Shown: positions 40,972 to 53,168 of the stretch, in pieces
Numbering within the stretch: the first letter of the stretch is position 1
Layout: each line of letters opens with the position of its first letter
Assembly (NCBI GenBank): GCA_010093705.1
Contig: MU006091.1
Coordinates: 682,001-746,000 of the forward strand
Direction: 5' to 3'
DNA from: Patellaria atrata CBS 101060
Lineage: Eukaryota
Length of the DNA: 64,000 nt
The notes under the pieces: model-generated
Database searches by the model: none
What the model saw: only the letters and a program-made list of their open reading frames with translations
Told to the model about the DNA's origin: nothing
Translations under genes and position numbers: made by a program

Positions 40972-42096
40972 CTAATCGCTCAAGTCGGGATTCGCGACGA
41001 ATAACCGAACTCCACTCATGGTCATGGTCCTGTCATCCACACTGCCGCGACGTCTCAGCTCATCGGTAGACTTCTTCTCTTTCTCCGGGTCTTCCATGAC
41101 GCGTATTGGCATGTTGCCTAGACCTCCAAAGCTATTCTCTCCTTCACCTGAAGAAACGCTGCCGGTGCTAAGGCCCGTATTTGTCGTAGCAAAGTAGTCA
41201 GGATTCGATGAGGCAGACTGGTAATCACCAGGTACAGGCGTCTCGTTGGGATCTACTCCTTCGGGAACAGTGTAGATCACTTGAGTTTGTTGTTCTGGGG
41301 GTGTAGAGTCCGTCGAGAACCTACCAGATAGATCGGTTTGGGTGTGCGATTGCATAGTGACTCTCCTGCCGCTGCCCAGGGAGCTTCTTCCACTCCCAGT
41401 CCTTTGATGATACAATCCCGTGTTGCTATCTTCATCGGAGTCATTCTCGTCGACTTCACTGGCGCTCAAACGCATGGGTACAGCGTTGCCGCTCAGATTT
41501 GCTCCGTAGAGTTGTCCACTGGTCCTGACATTTCCGTGATGTCGTATCTTGCTCCTAACACCACTCACTACCCCACTGCTTGAAGTGCTTGTCCTGGGTT
41601 GTGCGCCACCCACAACTTCGCGGTTCGCACGCATCTTTGCGGCGCGTTGTTGTGCTAGTATTCCCGGGTCTTCGTGTTGGGCGCGATCGCACCAGACGGT
41701 GGCCTTTTGCCTGCGCATGAGGGCGACGTAGGATGAGCCGGTTGTGGTATTGGTAGAGCGTGAGGAACCGGAACGACGAAGCCCATTATCAGAGCGCGCC
41801 GGACCTGTTGACGCCGTCGAGGCAGTCGCGTTGGAGAGGGTGCGACGATTCATCGTGTTTTGGGTGTAGATTTGCATGTTATTTGGTGGGGGTTGAGGGG
41901 AGTAGGTGGAGGGAGAATAGTTTGCTCCTGCGGCGGGAAACACGCTAGAGGAGGATGAACGCGTATGTCTGTGGGCACTGAGTTGTTGCTGGACGTCGGG
42001 AATGAGGTTTGCTCCTTCTAATGTAACTGATCCCGAGGGGAGAGGCTTTCTGTGAGGGTGGAAAGCCCTCGTCCCCATGGTGGTGGACATGATCAT
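40972..42096 (-). CDS. Conserved fungal hypothetical protein, Ser/Thr-rich
   Basis: 374-aa intronless ORF with motif-like islands SYVALMRRQKATVWCDRAQ and LRRRGSVDDRTMTM..RLFVANPDLSD. Confidence 0.8.
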   Translation of the reverse strand: MIMSTTMGTRAFHPHRKPLPSGSVTLEGANLIPDVQQQLSAHRHTRSSSSSVFPAAGANYSPSTYSPQPPPNNMQIYTQNTMNRRTLSNATASTASTGPARSDNGLRRSGSSRSTNTTTGSSYVALMRRQKATVWCDRAQHEDPGILAQQRAAKMRANREVVGGAQPRTSTSSSGVVSGVRSKIRHHGNVRTSGQLYGANLSGNAVPMRLSASEVDENDSDEDSNTGLYHQRTGSGRSSLGSGRRVTMQSHTQTDLSGRFSTDSTPPEQQTQVIYTVPEGVDPNETPVPGDYQSASSNPDYFATTNTGLSTGSVSSGEGENSFGGLGNMPIRVMEDPEKEKKSTDELRRRGSVDDRTMTMSGVRLFVANPDLSD

Positions 42097-42558
42097 TGCA
42101 CAATGATTGAGTCAACGGATCAAAGTCCGACGTGACACCTGTCTGGTGCGCTTTCACGTGGAAGTCGAAAGTGACTTGGAGGTGGGTGGGTTTTTTGGTC
42201 GCTAGGGCGGATGGTTTCTACGGTCGACGGAACAGCTGATCTCTCGTTCAACTCTTCACACAGGCGCGGGATGTCTTCCAATGCGGATTCGAGATGACGT
42301 TAAAGCGACAAAGACTGGTGAACTGGATTCCCTAGCGAAGTTATACAGCCGAAAGATAGGTCGACAATGTCCTCTGTGACTCTGTGAGAGTATTTGAATT
42401 GACTGAATCTCTCGTCAGCACGCTTGTCGACCAGCCAATGCGATGATAACGCGACGATGGTCCGATTGTATCATCGCATACATTCCGTACCTTTCGATGT
42501 AACAGCAACTGAAACTAAATTGTCAAACCTTTTTACGAGTAGGAACAGAAGGGTACGG

Positions 42559-42591
42559 CACGCTTTATACACGCTTTATACACGCTTTATA
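42559..42591. repeat. 11-bp tandem repeat (cacgctttata) x3
   Basis: Read directly from the sequence. Confidence 0.9.
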
Positions 42592-44318
42592 ACAAGGCTG
42601 AAGATGCGAGCATGGGGAGATAGAATTATCGTTACACTTGCATCAAGTGGCGTGCACTGTGGTGTCCAGGTCGAATACTCAAGGCTGGCTGAAGATAGAC
42701 ATAACCCTAAGGTAATAGATCAAAAGTCCTCAGATGATGTTTTACAACAGATTCAAAGATGCAGGAAAGACTACAACTATCATTTTCCAACCTTTCTCCG
42801 TTCTCCTCCTTCTCCTACGCCCTTACATATGAGCCTTTCTCGTGCCGTTCCCGCGCGCGCACTGATACTCAACTTTTCCTTGCTCCACCCGCCATAACTT
42901 ATGACGAAAGGACAATCCAATAAGCGATCGCCGATACATCCCAAGACGGGATCAGGGCAATTCAAAAAATGCCCATGTTTGATTGTTGAGCTTCAGTTAC
43001 TGTACGGAGTAATTCACCAACTGTCACTTTCTGCTCCTCTGAAGAATCAAGGCAGAGGCCCATGTGTCGGGTTGTGCCATGCAGATTGCAGATTGAAAGC
43101 TGAAAAAGCTCACGAACAGCACGCATGACGCTAAACCCTATTGCCTGAGCGCCATGTTGGGGGAATCTTTGGGATCTTTCGTTTCTTTGGCTTATAATGC
43201 TGTATGCTTTCCTTGAATGCCTCACAAACGGTTAGATGAACTGTTCAGCTATCTCAATTCGGAAATACTACTCATCAGTCGTCCTTGTTCCTTATCAATT
43301 TCTGTCAACGGATTACAAGGTTGTAGTACTAAAAGCATACTTTCTACAACTACCAACGAGGACTATTAGATTACCGCACGGGGAATCCCCTCTCTTTCTG
43401 TCCAAGAGACCAAAACGCTCGGTCAGTCACGGCACAGGTTAAAGTATACATCATGGCTCATTATCATATATCATCCTTAAGTATTTCTTCTCATTGTGTC
43501 TAGTGTGCTTACAACCGGAAGTTGGACATCTTCTTCCTCGTACTTCTACAGCAGAAGCAGCATAAGTACGATTACTGTACGGTACCTTGAATAACATAGG
43601 ACAGCGGGCTCTCCGAGACCGTATGCACGGAAGCCAGCAACTAGAATTCTTCAGATATGCGCAAAAAAAAAAAAAAAGAAAAAAAAACACCAGGTCCCTA
43701 GTACTCCGTTAATCCTTCTTCTTTCAACCTCGTACTTTTCGTATCGCATACAAGCCCCAAACACGTACATCCTTCCCCGAACATTTCCGTATCCAGATGT
43801 ACCCTTTAGAATCTCGTACCTTGAGCAATTGGTTCATCTCTTCAGGACGAAAACCTGTTGTCGTACAATCGACTTACCCCATATGCGCCATGGGGACCTT
43901 TTAATTACCTAGAAACTTCACAGGCTCACAGCCCGCCAGCAGTCTTCCAGCAAGCGTATAGATACGGTAGAAGTTCGGCCAGCCAATCGTGCAGGGGGGA
44001 GCTAATAATATGCAGGTTACATCCGTACCTTGCAGTACCTTACAGTATCTTACTCCATTCTGCTCCATTATCGTCTTACTGCCTGATTATTGGATATAGA
44101 GCCATGAATCAATAATATCTTATTCGTGCACATATCATCATTAACATTTTTTCAAACCCCTCTCCAAAACCTCAGGTAGTGAAAGTGACAGGAAAGTCCA
44201 TACTAGACAACAATAGGAAACATGAAAACTAGAAAATAATAATAGGAAACCTTCCCCCATCACACATACAATCTTTCAATAATAGGGCCCTCATCACTTG
44301 AGATCCCCCTTTCCCTAT

Positions 44319-45746
44319 CTACATCCCCCACCCTCCATACTCGCCCAACCTCGGGCTTCCACCCCTCCAATCAAGCCTCTCAAAGTATCGAAACACCAAA
44401 TCATACCCGTCGAGATCATGAACGATCCGATCAACCCTCCTGTACCCCTTGATAGTCTCCATGCGCGAGCTATGCTTAGGGGCCTGCGCGAGTTGCCTAG
44501 ACTCAAACTCCGCATCGCCGTAACCCCTAATCCCACCCTCGCCGGAACCAGGCTTAGCTTCGAAGAGCGTGACGCTGAAGCGGCCTGGTCGGAAGATGTT
44601 GACTACCTGTTCGACGATATCCGAAGTCTCGCGGCCGGTCTGCGCGGCGGGCACGTTGGTTTCGAAAGAAGCGAAGGAGCAATGTGGCTCGGGTGTTACG
44701 TGAACGGTGAAGTAGTGACCATCGGTATCTGTCGTGCCGGGAATCACGCCGTTGGCTGAAAAGCCGCAGGGCGTGAAGAGGTAGGCATCAACGCGAGCGT
44801 CAGGATATTTGTTCGTGGGATAAACATCTGATAGACCACATTCTTTGGAGACGACGGTTCCTAGCGCATGTCCTTCCGTGGTGAGTTCTTCGGGCAAATC
44901 GTCACCCTCTACCAAGCGTGCCTTGGCAAGGGCGGAAGCGTCCTTGAGGTAGAACTGACGAGCATTCGTCTCATCCAAATCAGTCATCAGAAGCTCTAAA
45001 GTCTCGTCCTGGTTCCCCTCGGGAGAAGATCCTACGGCCATCCCGCTGGGGAAGTTGAGAAACCTTGTCTCGGTCTCGCTCCTCTCGCTATCGGGCGTAC
45101 CTGGAGGGCTCAGGCGAGTATCTGGTTCGGTAATGTACAGATACCAGTGCTCTCCGTTCATCTTACCAATCATGTAAGCACTTCCTCCAAGGAAGATATT
45201 ATCCAAGAATTGGACCTCCTCCCTCCAGCTGCGGTGAGGACCACGCTGGCGGTCAGGGTGAAGGAAGTTCTTGCGGCTGTAAAAGACCCGATATGGGGTT
45301 GCATATGCGGGAATTTTCTTCGCATAGTTGGCTACCGTGTGTGGGAAGCCAGCTACCAGAGCAGCAATCTCAAGCATGCGTGGTAGACCAAGTAACAAAG
45401 TCGTGGTGCCGCAAGTCTTCAAGACCAACTTGTGCGGAAAAACAAACATGCTCGATTCAGATAAGAGGTATGCATCCACAGTCTCCGATCTCACAATGGA
45501 GAGGACCTTGCAATTGACGAGGTCAAGAACCTCGTTCCATGTTTCGGCAGGAACCTTCTTCAGACCCAAAGGTCCTACATTCGCTGGAAGGGAGTCAGGA
45601 GTGGGACTAAACCACACTTCGAGAAGTTTCTCCGGACCTTCAAAGGCATTGGTGGAGTCTAAATCAACGGTAGCTTCATGATTGATTTGGAGATGTGGCA
45701 TGCCGTTATTCTGAAAGTCAAGGAAGTTGAAATTTGTCATTCCCAT
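44319..45746 (-). CDS. SPE2: S-adenosylmethionine decarboxylase proenzyme
   Basis: FEGPEKLLEVWF, YLLSE/SSMFV autocleavage site, LKTCGTT, FTPCGFSAN, TVHVTPE..SFASFETN. Confidence 0.97.
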   Translation of the reverse strand: MGMTNFNFLDFQNNGMPHLQINHEATVDLDSTNAFEGPEKLLEVWFSPTPDSLPANVGPLGLKKVPAETWNEVLDLVNCKVLSIVRSETVDAYLLSESSMFVFPHKLVLKTCGTTTLLLGLPRMLEIAALVAGFPHTVANYAKKIPAYATPYRVFYSRKNFLHPDRQRGPHRSWREEVQFLDNIFLGGSAYMIGKMNGEHWYLYITEPDTRLSPPGTPDSERSETETRFLNFPSGMAVGSSPEGNQDETLELLMTDLDETNARQFYLKDASALAKARLVEGDDLPEELTTEGHALGTVVSKECGLSDVYPTNKYPDARVDAYLFTPCGFSANGVIPGTTDTDGHYFTVHVTPEPHCSFASFETNVPAAQTGRETSDIVEQVVNIFRPGRFSVTLFEAKPGSGEGGIRGYGDAEFESRQLAQAPKHSSRMETIKGYRRVDRIVHDLDGYDLVFRYFERLDWRGGSPRLGEYGGWGM

Positions 45747-46037
45747 GGGTTCTTATTACACTGGAAGTGTGGATCTTCCGCTTTATATGGGGTCTGAGGA
45801 TCTTGTGAAGTGGTCTATTTTGGCTGAGACTGTGAAACAAGGATTGTCAAGACGACAAATAGAGGGGTGCCCACCTGAGAGATGGAGTCTCAGGAGAGCT
45901 TTGAATGTGTATGCTGGCAACAGCTATAGGAAGATAATGCAAGTATTTCGGGGAGCGTTATGGAGGGCGAGCCGAGAGGGGTATGAAGAAAGTTTTTCGT
46001 GGAGTAATGGCGACTATCACGAGGTCCCCCGAACTGA

Positions 46038-46110
46038 CAGATTCCGATACCCTTACAAAGTATCGGGTCTAGCAGACGAGGAAATCTGCTTAGTTGTAAT
46101 AATGTTACAA
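46038..46110 (-). promoter_or_regulatory. Cluster of three hairpins in the SPE2 5' leader (candidate structured cis-element)
   Basis: Minus-strand stems UUGUAA/UUACAA, AGCAGAU/GUCUGCU and CCGAUACUU/GGGUAUCGG. The G-U pairs form only in mRNA sense. Confidence 0.55.
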
Positions 46111-46141
46111 AATTGGTTGTTAAGGAGACAAGTAGCGGGGG

Positions 46142-46280
46142 TTATCTGGGCCTGATGTCATAGCTATTAGCGAACAATTCAGGAGAAAGATGCCATTTTG
46201 TGTCTAAGGCGATCTTGAGGTATGTCATTGACTTACTTAGCAGGCTTGGATAGGAATCGAAGTAGGTCGTCTCGGAGCAT
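46142..46280 (-). CDS. Spliced uORF of SPE2, MLRDDLLRFLSKPAKPR* (exons 46280-46237, 46151-46142)
   Basis: ATG at 46280, GTAAGT donor at 46236, GCTAAT branch point, CAG acceptor at 46152. Confidence 0.55.
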
Positions 46281-48002
46281 AGAGTAAAACGAAGTTGACT
46301 AGCGGGCAAACAGCTCTGCTGGGTGTCTAAACCCTAGCAGTATGATTTGTTCTGTATGAACGTGGTTTTGCCAGTTTGTCAGAGTCTCTTGAAGAGCACA
46401 AGAGTATTCACAGGAGCTGTAGACGTATTCGTGAGGTGAGTTTTCACTCTTGTATATGTCGAAGAATCAAAATGCGGTGGACTGAACTTTTTGCCTACAC
46501 GAATCGTCAGCACCTGTAATAACCAAAGTTCTGTTCAACCTCGTAAGGTGTAATAGAATGAAGACTGGACAAGGAATAAGCTGACATACTTGGTGGTGGC
46601 TTTTGCAGATAATCTAAAGGAATTTGAAGGTAGAATTGAATGTTTGTGTGGAAAGTTTTTTTGTGTGGGCTCTTGGTGTTTTTCAATGAATCGGTCAATC
46701 GGTGGTAAGGTATGCGCATCATACCCCAGTTATTTTGCTTAACGCCACCCCCCTCGTATATGCTTTACCATATTGCGCATAGTCCTAGAATTCGCTCGTT
46801 TCTAGGTGAAGCTGGACTCTCAGAATTGATATTTCTATTTCCCATATGTAGTCTGCCGTTATTACTTGAATGTACAGGCGCTTAAAATATCCGACCACAT
46901 CGATTGTCCTCTAGCAGAGCATCGTACTCTTACAGACGGTCAGATCTCACAAAAAAAATCGGGACAGACAAAGGCCGCTGGTGGGCGTGTGAGCGCCCTT
47001 GAAGAGCCCAAAGATCTCTCCCGTCAGGGGCGTGCTTAGGGAGTACAGACACCTGTGACAAGGTAGATCAAGCGCACAGGTACTGTACAGTTACTACGGG
47101 ACAGTGCACATAAAGCGTTCGAGATACTTGAAAGCGGTGAACGAGATATAATGTGCGATTGGGCATCGAGCTGGAACTCGGCCCACAGATTCCCACATAC
47201 AGCAATATATTTCTTCTCGACGTGGGGTGGCGGGACGCTGACAACCAACATTTTTAACGTCAACGCTCAAACTCCACCTGACCATTTTCCCAGAGCATTC
47301 TCTTGGGATGCCGATTCTTCAGCTTCTTAGAACGTCATAGCGGCAATATGCTGACTGTTTTGACACACACATTGGAGGGCTCAAAGGAGCTTGTGAAACT
47401 TAGATTCAGCATTCGATCCTCCGCCGAATGAGAAAAAGTCCTAGTTTAAAGTAATCGCCGATTACGAGATCCTGACGGTGAGTGACAACCCTAAATTATA
47501 TGCAGATGTGCTCGAGGTGCATATTCCATTTTGACAAAAGCGCGCAGCTGGGATTCCTGACAACGTTTCTGAATCTATTCCGCTATCATATCTATTTACT
47601 TTTGTTATCGTCTCTCACCCCAACTCCAATCCTTGTATCCATAGAGTTCGTAAGGGATGATGAATATGTGCAAGTCGTTATATCTCTGGTCTTCGGATAG
47701 TCGGACACTCCTTTCTCCCGTAAGTTCACCGGCCAAGATCCAGCTCAGAGAGGATTTGTTACTCGGCAATCTGGCGGTGCACTACGAACTATCCGGATGG
47801 TGACAAATTAAGAGTATTAAAATTTAGTCGTTCCTGAAACCAATGAACCAAAATATCCACCCAAAAGATATACCGTTTCGTGGGGAAATATTATTCCCAA
47901 GCTCATGTGTACCGTGACCCGCCAAAACCACTAGAAGGCTCCAATTGAACTCCGTCCGTTTCACAGTCCATGCGTCTCCACATGTCTTCATCTTGCATAG
48001 AT

Positions 48003-49757
48003 CTATGATCCATCTAATGGCTTGAATCTCACTAAATGCGCATCGATCGCGTGTTGGTAGAATTCCCTGAGATCGACCACCAGCTCATCCGGGGCATCAA
48101 ACGCTGGACGTCTTGCTTCATGTTGATGTCTCTTGATCCATTGTAGATTCTGAATACTTGATGCCCATGTTGGTGGTGTTGTACTCACTCGACTACCAGT
48201 TCCGACAGGTCGAAAATGACTTATACCCAGAGGCACGTGGCTGTAGGTGTCCCAACACTCAGCCCCAACTTCTCGATTTGCGGCTCGTAACCAACGTAAA
48301 CCAGCTTCCGGTCCAGGTAGCCAATGCATCATCGTCCAATTTAGAATCTCCGTTGCTGACCAAGTATAGGTGTTTGAAGTATATTGTATTGCATCGAGCA
48401 TAGAAGCCAAAAGCCCAATAGGGGAATCGCATAATGAATAAGCTCTTGTCTGGGGCCGTTGGCCGTATTGGGAGCCAAGACACTCGTCCGAAGATTGTTC
48501 ATAATTATGGTTCATCTGGAATTCGGACGGCACATAACCAAAACTAAGGGGTTGAAGGCGTGCTTTGGTCAACCGTGCAGCATGATACTTCATGAATGCT
48601 AGCGGGCTTCTCTTTACTTTTGGTGGAGGTAGTTCAGGCGATGTGGTATGCACCGCCAAGCAGTTCTCGGGGTGTTGTAGTGCAATCATTCGAGAAATCT
48701 TGAATCCCCTGAAGATAGTTAGCCTTATCAGCATTAAAAGGGTGTGTATTCCTACCAGCCAGCTCCGTGTACAACGTACTCATTGTAACCTAATCGACGC
48801 ATCAGAGCATCAAATATATCAGCGGTAGCCTTGAGACCGAATCCTTCGTGCGGACTTGAATCACTGAATCCAAAACCAGGTATGCTGGGGCATACTACAT
48901 GGAATCCAAGTGTAGGTCCACTGCCCATCGATGGCTCATTGATAGGTTCTGCTAGCTTGTTTATGACCTTCGATACTTCCGTAAAGCTCCCTGGCCATCC
49001 GTGGCAAAATAGGAGAGGTATAGAGTTGGGACGCGAACTTCGCTTATGGACGAAATGCACGCGTAGTGGAGGATGTGGTGAAGATTGGAGGGTAAAATCG
49101 TTCAAAGTGATCGTCGTCCGATATTGTGGGAGTGTCTCGTTGAACATGGACTCCTGTGCCCTCCAGTCGTATTCTTCTAGCCTGGTACCGGTTAGCGGAA
49201 GATCTAAGGGTACGCTGATGTAGCAATCTATGATATTCACGATTCCGTAATGTCGCATAGTGGGAATTGCGCAAGGTCAACCGCGTGTCTCTCAAGACAA
49301 TAGCCGAATTAACGAGACCACTTGTCTCCGCGCATACAGCGCAAGGACACCAAGATAGTTGTCTGGGAGGACATCACCCGTTCAGATGCTCATGATCTCG
49401 GACGCCACTAGTTTCTACAGACATCGCTCGAACATGGATATTGCGCGTTTCGGCTTCTTATCCAGAAGTCCAGGGTATAGGTAGGGGAACTGCTCACCAA
49501 TAATCAAGCAATGGCTCCAATGTCGTCTTCGGAGTCCCATAATCCCACTTGCGGTGCTCGGGCAATAACAACTCGCGTGGTAATCGCGTCAATTCTAATT
49601 TCCTCTTTGTTAAGTCCAAATAACGTGCAGATACCTAAAAGCTCAGTAAGTTCGCGTTCTCAACTAATCAGTCCGTGTTGTAGAAGCTTACATGCATGTT
49701 ATAGGGTTGAATTGCTATTTCACCATCCCCATTTTCGCCAGCGATGTTTGTCGCCAT
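48003..49757 (-). CDS. Microsomal epoxide hydrolase-like alpha/beta hydrolase (EHN domain), apparently catalytically degenerate, 4 exons
   Basis: VSARYLDLTKRKLELTRLPRE, LLDYW|LEEYDWR, PLLFCHGWPGSF, FHVVCPSIPGFGFSD, DSPIGL. Confidence 0.88.
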
Positions 49758-50220
49758 AGCGCAACTTCGGTCCCATAGGAATTGATCATCAGGGGAGAAA
49801 GTAGCATATCGAAAGTATGGTACAGATACACGAAATTAAATCAGACCCTCAAATCTCAGTAAGCGCAATGAGAGAACAGGTGACGCGACAATGATCGACA
49901 GAATATCGGAGAATGCTATTAAAAGGAGTACGTATGCTGCCTCAGGAACATGCAGTATAAAATTTGCCATCAGAGTAACTGTGGCCAATGATAGGGATGG
50001 AAGGGGGGATGAGGCTGTGCAGAGTGGCGTTCTGCCGATTGTCACCGCTTCAAAGATCGCCAACAGGACGATCGAGACTGCAAAGCAAACATGACAGGAA
50101 CACCAATGACAAAACCGCTACCACTTCTCAACACTATTCTGGAACCAGGATAAAGTTTAGACTCCTTGTAGTGCTATCCGTACCTGGTTTTGCCTTAAGG
50201 GAACCCCTCGCTTACAGACA

Positions 50221-53168
50221 TTAAACGTCCCTAACTGTAGTTTGACCACCGTTGCCACCAGTGGGTGTACTGCTTTGCGGTGTCGTGGTCCCTCGTCTGA
50301 GATTCAAGCTTCGGATACCTTGGACTAGGTTACTACCGACTGCATCCACTGCGCCTCTGGGATTGACCAATGAAGGGGTAGCCGCATTTGTTTCCTGCAC
50401 GCGGAAGAGCTTTATGGCGGTGTTGTTCCAGACGCCAGTAGTTCTATTCGATAGTTCGCTCGCGAATATGAATCCCCAAAGTAATGATTCGTACCATCCT
50501 AAGGATAAGGGTGACCATTCGAAAAGGTGAACCCTTATAGAAGACGGCTCGATGCCACGTATTTGGGCACTCTTTATGATAGCTAGATTTGCGGCTGTGC
50601 TCGCGGAACTCTCAGTGGATGGAATTTGGGGAGATAGCTCTGATATCAAGGTCAGAATTGTATGAAGTGGCAATTCCGGTAACCACGATTCGATCTGCAT
50701 CAATGTTAGCGTTATGATGGAGAGGTTGATTTGTAAACGCCAATACCCATTCACTTGTCGGCGTAAATTGACCATTAGTAGTAAGGACAGGTGTCGATAC
50801 ACTGTGCATGCTAGTCATACTGTTTTGTCTAGAAAATGAGGGCTGTCCTATGGGCATCTTCCCTCGAGCTTTCTCCGACATCCCCCGAAGTTGTAATGGA
50901 AGAGCCTCATCGGTGGTTGACGAGATCGACGGAGTTCTAGATGTATTACTGGACTGTGCTGGAGCAGATGCGGGAACGGGTGTGGTGATGCCATCATTAT
51001 CGGAATCATCATCATCGTCACCTATTGTAAACTCGTTATGCTCTTCGGGAACGTTACTTAGTGTTGGTGCTCGTGTCGTTGTCGGACTTCTGATACTATC
51101 CATCGAATCCCCCCTGGTAGGGCTGCGCAACGAGTCCTCTTCGCCACGTTCCTTACGTGCTCGGTTCAAGTTCTCGATTTCTTTTTGACCGCTCTCTAAT
51201 GTAAATTCTCGCAACGCCTCGAACCGTTTCCTCGATCGAACGATGGTGTAAATAAGATTGGGATTTTCTACTGATAATTAGAGGGACCGTCTACAATTGC
51301 AAGATGCGTACTTACTGCTATACTGATGCTCAATAATAGCATTTATAGCTTCTAGAAGGGAGTGTAAAAGAGTATGATTACTCTCATTGGCAAATAAGAA
51401 GCTGGGAGAAGACATGGAGGTAAATAATTGGACTAATTTTGAGCTTGTGGCTCGGCCAAGGTTTTGGATATACGCGGCAATATTGTTTAGGATGGCTAGT
51501 AATGCTGGATATATCGCATCCAACTTTCCTTTGCTACCGGTAAGGAGAGTATAGATCGACTGTATTTAGGTTAACAACGTCGCATCTAATACACTGAAGT
51601 GTAGGTTAATATACTTACTGTAATGAGGTAATCGGCATAAGTACCGTGGAAGTTGGGTATTCTGATGCTAGCTGGTAAGGTTTCCTGGCCCTCAAACGTC
51701 TTGCTAAGGCTCTTTCCAAAGTTCGGCTCTACACTTAGTGTTTGCAGGACGAAGATACACATTCTAATTACCCCCTGTTTCGAAGCATCGTTCTTCTGAT
51801 CAATCGCGTAGAACAAGAGGAGAATCACAAAGTCATGTGATCGATCTGTATCGACAATAAAGGAGCGAAATCTCTTATTGCACTGTAATACTTCCCAGAA
51901 AAGCATCATCATTTCGGGAGCCCAAGTCAATGATTTTTGACTACCCGGGAGGTATGAGTTGGTAGCTTGCATCTGTATAATGTCAATTAACTCATGCAAT
52001 TTTATAGACCTGAGATATCTTACGGGCTGATTTAGTATTCTTGTCATACCATCAACAAGGAACTGAAAGTCTTGTGGTCTGTGTAGACGTCCTAGAAAGT
52101 GTCTATAATAGTTCTTCGACGGCACTCCATTGCCTGTTTCAGGAATAGGATAGAGAATAACAACAAGCAGAAACTGAAGGCAGTATGTAACTAGCATTTG
52201 TTTCGGGTCCTTAAAGACAACATGATCGTAGGGAACACGCCACGATGCTGGGTTGTATTTCAGAGTCGTGTTAAGAAGAGAACATAAAACTGACAAAACA
52301 AGCTGTCTGTCAGAGCATGTCGTAATATAGGTAATAGCCTTGACTCCGTGGACTGGGAGCACATCTGTGAGGGTTAGACCCCGGTCAAGTATTGGTTTGA
52401 AATACTTACTGGATGTCATATACATAGATTTGCTCACCACTGCAAGGAGAAGTCGCAGTATTTCTGTCCGATTGTTTTCAAACTCTTTGGAAGACGCAAC
52501 GGGCGTATTACAACCTACACCACTCTGCCATATTGCATAAGAGACCTTGTTCTTCCCCGGAAGAACCTTTGGTAAAGTAAAGTCTGAGAAGAATAACAGG
52601 TCGATTAATGTGTCAATCAACTCCTCTGCAAGCGGTTTCACCTCTTCAAATTCCGGAACTTCCTCTTTAGGTGTATCGTCAGGATTTGACTCATCAAATA
52701 GAACCTCCGTTTTTCTAATTTGACCTTTCCTGTTTCGCTTTCTACGTTTTGCCCAAAAGAACTTGTCTTCCCATTGTTCTAGATATTCTGCCTCGTAGAG
52801 GAAGGGGAGAAGACGCGTAAGTATCCGTATACAGTTCAGAGCATCTCTTTCTGGAGCAATCTCTGGGTCTGGGAATGAGGGGTGATTTCGCAGAATGCAT
52901 AGCCTCGAGGTGACGGCGAGAATTAAGGTCTCAAGGTTACCCAAAGAGTTGTCCCTGGTACGGCGTATGTCTGCCGGTGAAAATAGAGAGAAGACATCCT
53001 CAGCAGACTCAGGGAGCTCCCAGAACTGTACAAATGAGCATTTACCCTACTAAAGAATTGATTCCAGCTTACACCTGTCCAATATGGATCGTCTGCAGCA
53101 ATTTCTTGCGGCTCAGAAAGGCGGAAAATGCCCTGTTTAAAAACAAGTTTTGAATCAGAAGCACCCAT
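50221..53168 (-). CDS. HID1: HID1/Ecm30 (dymeclin family) Golgi-associated protein, multi-exon
   Basis: MGASDSKL myristoylation-type N-terminus, ALNCIRILTRLLPFLYE, IWQSGVGC, GVWNNTAIKLF. Confidence 0.9.

Noticed and set aside
45727..46155. 142-aa plus-strand ORF over the SPE2 leader
   Set aside because: TTG start, antisense to the leader, and no protein-like features.
47395..47430. TTCGATCC as a tRNA T-loop
   Set aside because: No T-stem, acceptor stem or A-box could be formed.
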